Source of the DNA: Planctomycetes bacterium UBA7888 | GTDB lineage: Bacteria; Planctomycetota; UBA1135 | Length of the DNA stretch: 64,000 nucleotides | Direction: 5' to 3' | Assembly: GCA_002500505.1 (NCBI GenBank) | Contig: DLRM01000008.1 | Coordinates: forward strand, 50,700-114,699 | In this document: positions 59,447 to 64,000 of the stretch, piece after piece | Layout: each line of letters begins with the position of its first letter | How positions within the stretch are numbered: position 1 is the first letter of the stretch | Notes under the pieces: generated by a model | Databases searched by the model: none | Seen by the model: the letters and a program-made list of their open reading frames with translations, nothing else | Told to the model about the DNA's origin: nothing | Translations under genes and position numbers: made by a program

Positions 59447-60544
59447 ATGAGCCAACGCGATTACTACGAAGTTCTCGGAGTTTCCCGAGATGCCGATGAC
59501 GCCGCCATTAAAAGTGCGTATCGGAAGTTGGCCCTGAAGCATCACCCCGACCGCAACAAAGGCGACGAGGGGGCGGCTGAAAAATTTAAGGAGGCTGCAG
59601 AGGCTTACGCGGTCATTTCGGACACCCAAAAACGGCGTACTTACGACCAATATGGCCATGCTGGTCTGGGTGGAGGCCCAGGCGGCGGCGGCTTCCACTT
59701 TGACAACATGGAGGACATCTTCTCTCAGTTCTCTGACATCTTTGGTGGTCAAGGACAAGGAAGTGGTTTCTTCGAAAATCTATTTGGTTTTGGTGGAGGC
59801 AGTGGCCGCTCCAATGCTCGCCGAGGTCGAAGCCTTCGTGCAGCCGTTCAAATTTCTCTTCCTGAAGTCCTCCAGGGCTGTGAACGAACCCTTTCTCTTC
59901 ATCGCGCCGAATCCTGTACAGGATGCTCAGGCACGGGCGCAAGCGAAGGGAGCAAACCGGAGCCATGTAATACCTGCAAGGGGCATGGACAGGTGCATCA
60001 ACAGCAAGGTTTCTTTGCCGTTCGCACCACTTGTCCCCATTGTCAGGGAGAAGGGGAAGTCGTTGCCAGCCCTTGTAAAACTTGCCGAGGCACTGGCCTA
60101 GAAGACCAGAAGAGAGAAATTTTAGTCAAGATTCCTGCTGGCATTGAGGATGGTGCTCAAATTCGTCTAAGTCAGCAAGGAGAAGCCGGCCGGAAGGGCG
60201 GTCCCTCAGGAGACCTCTTTGTGGAAGTACAAATCGCTGAAGAGGAGGGCTTCCACCGAGAGGGCGTCGATTTATATGTAGAAGTTCCTCTGACTTATCC
60301 GCAAGCTGCTCTGGGAGACAAAATCTTGGTTCAAACCCTAGAGTCAGATGTTCGCATGAATGTTCCCGCAGGCACCCCTACTGGCAAAGTCTTTCGCCTC
60401 AAGGGACAAGGACTTCCTCAATTGCATGGGGGCCGTCGAGGCGACCAATTCGTCCGGGTCTTTGTTTCTGTACCAGAGAAAATGGGCAAAGAAGAAAAGA
60501 AACTTGTTCGCAAACTAAAAGAGCTCGAAGAAAATGGAAAGTGA
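59447..60544 (+). CDS. dnaJ: Chaperone DnaJ
   Basis: HPD motif, G/F region, four CxxCxGxG repeats. Confidence 0.97.
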   Translation: MSQRDYYEVLGVSRDADDAAIKSAYRKLALKHHPDRNKGDEGAAEKFKEAAEAYAVISDTQKRRTYDQYGHAGLGGGPGGGGFHFDNMEDIFSQFSDIFGGQGQGSGFFENLFGFGGGSGRSNARRGRSLRAAVQISLPEVLQGCERTLSLHRAESCTGCSGTGASEGSKPEPCNTCKGHGQVHQQQGFFAVRTTCPHCQGEGEVVASPCKTCRGTGLEDQKREILVKIPAGIEDGAQIRLSQQGEAGRKGGPSGDLFVEVQIAEEEGFHREGVDLYVEVPLTYPQAALGDKILVQTLESDVRMNVPAGTPTGKVFRLKGQGLPQLHGGRRGDQFVRVFVSVPEKMGKEEKKLVRKLKELEENGK

Positions 60545-61073
60545 ATCTGTGATGGCTGAAGAAGAAAAAGATCCTGAAACCGAAATTGAAGAAGTCCTCG
60601 AGGAAACTGAAACCCTCGAAGATTGGCAAGACCGTGCCTTGCGCGCACAAGCAGAGATGCAAAACATGCGCAAGCGCTTAGATTCGGATGTCGAAGAGCG
60701 AACCCGTGCCAGAACGGAAGCTTTACTCACTGAGGTTGTCACCATTTTAGACCACTTCGAACTTGCTTTAAACGCCATGCCGGAGGGGCTTGAAAAGGAC
60801 GAGGAATCTGGTCCATTTGCTCAAGGTGTCCGCGCCATTCACTTGTCGCTTGAAATGCTCCTTGCCCGCTTTGGGGTTCAATCCGTGAATCCAAAACCAG
60901 AGGATGTATTCGACCCTACGATTCACGAAGCTATCCAGACTCTTGAAAAAGATGGATTGGAGTCGCCCCAAATCGAGAAGATTCGAACGGGTTACAAAAT
61001 GGGGAACCGCATTCTTCGACCCGCTCAAGTTAACATTATTAAACCGGCATCTTCCGACGAGGAACCTGCCTAA
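60534..61073 (+). CDS. grpE: Nucleotide exchange factor GrpE
   Basis: [35 protein letters not shown] motifs. Confidence 0.95.
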   Translation: MESESVMAEEEKDPETEIEEVLEETETLEDWQDRALRAQAEMQNMRKRLDSDVEERTRARTEALLTEVVTILDHFELALNAMPEGLEKDEESGPFAQGVRAIHLSLEMLLARFGVQSVNPKPEDVFDPTIHEAIQTLEKDGLESPQIEKIRTGYKMGNRILRPAQVNIIKPASSDEEPA

Positions 61074-61306
61074 TGCCTCACTACGACTATCGTTGCAAGG
61101 ACTGCGGGCATGAATTTGAACTCTTTCAAAACATGAGTTCAGACCCGAATATAGATTGCCCGGAATGCCAAGCCCCTGCTTTGGAAAGGCTTATAGGCTC
61201 TGGCGGAGGTGTGCTTTTTAAGGGGTCGGGCTTCTATCAAACCGATTACAAACCCTCCGGCGAAGCTTGCACCCAAAAGGCCAACTGCTCCGAAGGGGGC
61301 AGCTGA
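61073..61306 (+). CDS. FmdB-family zinc ribbon protein
   Basis: [31 protein letters not shown]. Confidence 0.92.
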   Translation: MPHYDYRCKDCGHEFELFQNMSSDPNIDCPECQAPALERLIGSGGGVLFKGSGFYQTDYKPSGEACTQKANCSEGGS

Positions 61307-61320
61307 AACCAGTAAGAATT

Positions 61321-61338
61321 CCGCCGGTCGGCGGTTTT
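61321..61338 (+). terminator. Intrinsic terminator candidate for the chaperone operon
   Basis: CCGCC-GGTC-GGCGG followed by TTTT. Confidence 0.55.
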
Positions 61339-62065
61339 ATGAGTTCTGGGTTGGTGGGTTGCCGCCACGGTCGCCCGCGCCCTCGCGATCTTTCCAGCCA
61401 AAAATTTTTCGGGTAATCAACCAATATACCTTTTTTCCCGTACTCATCCAGATTCGAGAAAGCAGGCTTGGCGTCTTAAGAATTTGCATTTCTCGTTCTG
61501 TCAAGAAACGGGGACAGTAAGTCCTTTTATGCTTCAAGAGGTGGCGCAAGTCTTCTCTTGCCAAAATCCGGAATACCTTCCCTCTATGCTTCGAAAGCAC
61601 TGCCAGCTGGAAATCCACCAAGCCAGGCATCCCATTCTCCCGCACTAACCAATTGGGTTCCTTGGCCGTGTCATTGTGAGCAACACCCATACGGTGCATT
61701 CGAGTCAAAAGTCGACGCGCCTCTTCAAAGTAGGCCGGGTTGTTGGGTTGCGCGATTTGCATCGGCTCTCCAGCGACCCAAGTCCTCGTGAGGCTGCCTC
61801 TGGTTTCTTGGACGAACCCGGGAATTCCAGGAAGACTATCTAATTGGCGAAGAGCTCGCCCCTCTCGGCGTAGCAAAAGTCTCGCAAGGGGTCGCAACCA
61901 CCACCAGGCTCCCGCGACCTGCCGTCTTGAAAGAGCAAGTTTCCCCGCATCGCCATCGCTAGAATGGCCACGCTCAATCCTCCCAAGTTGGTCGGACTTG
62001 AGCAGGGATTCGGGCTGGAAGGAATCCACCCTTTTGCTCGACTTTGAACGCGCTTCTTTGGCCAC
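61337..62065 (-). CDS. RIO/Kdo-like protein kinase-fold protein
   Basis: HNDTAKEPNWLV, DFQLA, REDLRHLLKHK. GTG 62065 follows TAGCAT by 7 nt and avoids overlap with the divergent gene. Confidence 0.75.
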   Translation of the reverse strand: MAKEARSKSSKRVDSFQPESLLKSDQLGRIERGHSSDGDAGKLALSRRQVAGAWWWLRPLARLLLRREGRALRQLDSLPGIPGFVQETRGSLTRTWVAGEPMQIAQPNNPAYFEEARRLLTRMHRMGVAHNDTAKEPNWLVRENGMPGLVDFQLAVLSKHRGKVFRILAREDLRHLLKHKRTYCPRFLTEREMQILKTPSLLSRIWMSTGKKVYWLITRKIFGWKDREGAGDRGGNPPTQNS

Positions 62066-62102
62066 CCACAAAATGCTACCAGCCCGATACGCTTTGAGAA
62101 GA

Positions 62103-63263
62103 ATGATGTCGGTCGCCTTTCTTGCGATCGTCATGCCATCTCTTCTTGTTGCCCAAGACCCGCGAATGGAGCGGAAACTCGCTCGGGCAGAAAAGCGCTT
62201 CAGCGATGCCCTCGCTACACGAGACCGTTGTTACAACGACCTTCTTACGGAATACTCTGCATGCAAGCGCTGGCTAAGCGAAGAAACTGAACTCGGCAAA
62301 GCTCCACCTCGCCCCCTTAAAGAGTGGCTCGTAGCCAGCGCTGTACCCGAACCTCAATATGTGGACGAGCAAACGCGAATCTTGAGAGAACGAGAGTTCC
62401 ACCTCTTCTGGAATACGGAGCTCTACAAGCGCTCTCGAACTGCCCGCGCCTTCTCAGTGGCAGCCAAAAAATTAGAGCGCTCCTTTCATGCGATTGAGAA
62501 GTTACGCCATCCGGAACGCTATCAAAAAGGCTTTGAAACGACCCCAACTGGCATGGCTCTCATTGCGGCTGGCAAGTACACCCTTCCCCCCTCTGAAGGC
62601 TACCTGTTGGGTTATCCAAAATTTCAAAAAGAACGAGAAATCAAAGTCAGTGCCTTTTATTTGGATAAATACGAAGTCACCTGTTCAGAATTTTCCAGAT
62701 TTCTTCTCGCTCAACCGCTCGCTCTCCGCGAAGAACACCTTCCATCCACTTGGCGCTGGAGTTCGGATGGATCTCCGCTTTTCCCGGATGGCCATGCCGC
62801 CCACTCTGTAACTGGGGTCTCTTGGTCCACTGCATCCCAGTACGCGGAATGGGTCGGCAAACGACTCCCAACCGAAAACGAATGGCAAATCGCCGCTTCA
62901 GGGTTTTCGCAACGGCGCTACCCGCTTGGTGATTTATTTGACGCCTCCAAGATTAATTGCCAAGCCCACGGCGCGGGTCAAGTACTTCCCTCTCGCCAAT
63001 TCCCTGAAGACAGCACGCCTCAAGGCATTCTCTGCATGACGGGAAATGTTCGTGAATGGGTGTCTGACCTATACGAAGAGCCCATTAACTCTGACCGTGC
63101 CAAGTCTGTTCGAGATGCTGGCCCGGAATCCATGGCTGTACTGAAGGGAGGCAGCTGGAGAGACGACCCTGCAAAAAGCCAAGCCCATTATCGGTGGCTT
63201 TTCCCGGCTACTGACACGCGCCTCTCCTATGTGGGCTTTCGCTGTGCCATGGATATTCGTTGA
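62103..63263 (+). CDS. Exported FGE-sulfatase (SUMF1) domain protein
   Basis: FYLDKYEVT, KRLPTENEW, MTGNVREW, GGSW, GFRCA; start trimmed to the signal peptide. Confidence 0.88.
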   Translation: MMSVAFLAIVMPSLLVAQDPRMERKLARAEKRFSDALATRDRCYNDLLTEYSACKRWLSEETELGKAPPRPLKEWLVASAVPEPQYVDEQTRILREREFHLFWNTELYKRSRTARAFSVAAKKLERSFHAIEKLRHPERYQKGFETTPTGMALIAAGKYTLPPSEGYLLGYPKFQKEREIKVSAFYLDKYEVTCSEFSRFLLAQPLALREEHLPSTWRWSSDGSPLFPDGHAAHSVTGVSWSTASQYAEWVGKRLPTENEWQIAASGFSQRRYPLGDLFDASKINCQAHGAGQVLPSRQFPEDSTPQGILCMTGNVREWVSDLYEEPINSDRAKSVRDAGPESMAVLKGGSWRDDPAKSQAHYRWLFPATDTRLSYVGFRCAMDIR

Positions 63264-64000
63264 GACCTTTCTTTCAAACCCTTCGAGAGTATTTGCTTGC
63301 CTGTGCTGACCTTTTCTTGGCACTCCCTCGGCACCTTCATGCCCTTTCAAGGGTTTCCACTCGACGAACAGAATTTGAAAACCTCAACAATTCTGAGGAG
63401 CCACTTCCTGTCACCGGCTCACTACCGAAAAAACCTCTTCGCCGCATTCTGCTCTCTTGTGGAGACGCATCTGGAGAAGCCCACGCACTGCGCATCCTCC
63501 AAGAACTTCAATCACGCAATCCGGGTATCACCGTAGCGGGCTTTGGAAGTGCCAAACTTGAAAAAGCAGGCATGGAGTGCTGGGAACCCCTTGCAGATTT
63601 GAATGTGATGGGTTTCCGGGATGTTGCAATTCAGCTTCCCCTCTTCTTCCGATGTATTTATCGCTTTGCTAAAGAACTGTGCAACCAACCGCCAGACGCT
63701 GTTCTTCTTGTGGACTATCCTGGCCTCAACCGACACCTCCTCAGGCTTGCCAAAGGTGCAGGCGTCCCTGTCGTGAACTTTGTCGCCCCTCAACTATGGG
63801 GCTGGGCACCCTGGCGAATTCGGGATTTCAAAAGAGCGGATCGTCTTCTTACGATTCTCCCCTTTGAAGAAGACTGGTTCAAACGCCGTGGTGCGCATCC
63901 GAGTTATGTTGGCCATCCATTGGGAGACGGGCTTCACCAAAGACCTCAAGAGAAAAAAGACCCGCCGGAAGAACTCAATGCCCACGATGCATGGATTGGC
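63260..64000 (+). CDS. lpxB: Lipid-A-disaccharide synthase (partial, runs off the window; absent from the ORF track)
   Basis: Read by hand: ILLSCGDASGE, VMGF, VDYPGLN, VAPQLWGWAPWR, ILPFE, YVGHP. TTG start overlaps the upstream TGA. Confidence 0.92.
   Translation, partial: MRPFFQTLREYLLACADLFLALPRHLHALSRVSTRRTEFENLNNSEEPLPVTGSLPKKPLRRILLSCGDASGEAHALRILQELQSRNPGITVAGFGSAKLEKAGMECWEPLADLNVMGFRDVAIQLPLFFRCIYRFAKELCNQPPDAVLLVDYPGLNRHLLRLAKGAGVPVVNFVAPQLWGWAPWRIRDFKRADRLLTILPFEEDWFKRRGAHPSYVGHPLGDGLHQRPQEKKDPPEELNAHDAWIG

Noticed and set aside
61304-61315. Possible Sec read-through at the TGA of the Cys-rich FmdB gene
   Set aside because: A TAA follows two codons later and the nearby hairpin looks like a terminator.
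61740-62102. N-terminal 121 aa of the FGE-domain ORF
   Set aside because: Antisense to the kinase-like gene; the signal peptide begins at 62103.

Overview
Gene-dense (about 50% GC) bacterial chromosomal segment of mostly housekeeping genes. It is most consistent with a Planctomycetota-like diderm, an inference from the groEL-groES-groEL-dnaJ-grpE arrangement, a HEAT-VWA protein, an FGE-domain protein and lpxB. I see no CRISPR array, transposase, integrase or prophage. The complete selenocysteine machinery is present: selA, selD and selC are clustered and selB lies about 34 kb away. SelD is itself a selenoprotein (in-frame UGA plus SECIS) that the ORF track truncates. Other contents are two tandem secreted Cys-rich PHP-family hydrolases, an nfeD-nfeD-floA operon translationally coupled to a glutamate-cysteine ligase, a second SPFH pair next to a TMTC-like glycosyltransferase, recJ, polA, mutL, holA, ruvB, menaquinone genes, tgt, miaA, amgK/murU-like genes, rpsB-tsf-pyrH-frr, tRNA-Lys and a chaperone operon. 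The most unusual signals are non-coding. First, a -10 box sits 6-8 nt before the start of many genes (apparent pervasive leaderless initiation, including back-to-back divergent genes and the tRNA-Sec gene). Second, there are two well-formed sigma-54 promoters, one embedded in a cluster of nine CTAG sites. Third, a YtqA/MnmL-family radical SAM gene is wedged between selB and tRNA-Lys(UUU). All functional calls come from motif recognition by eye; no database search was run.
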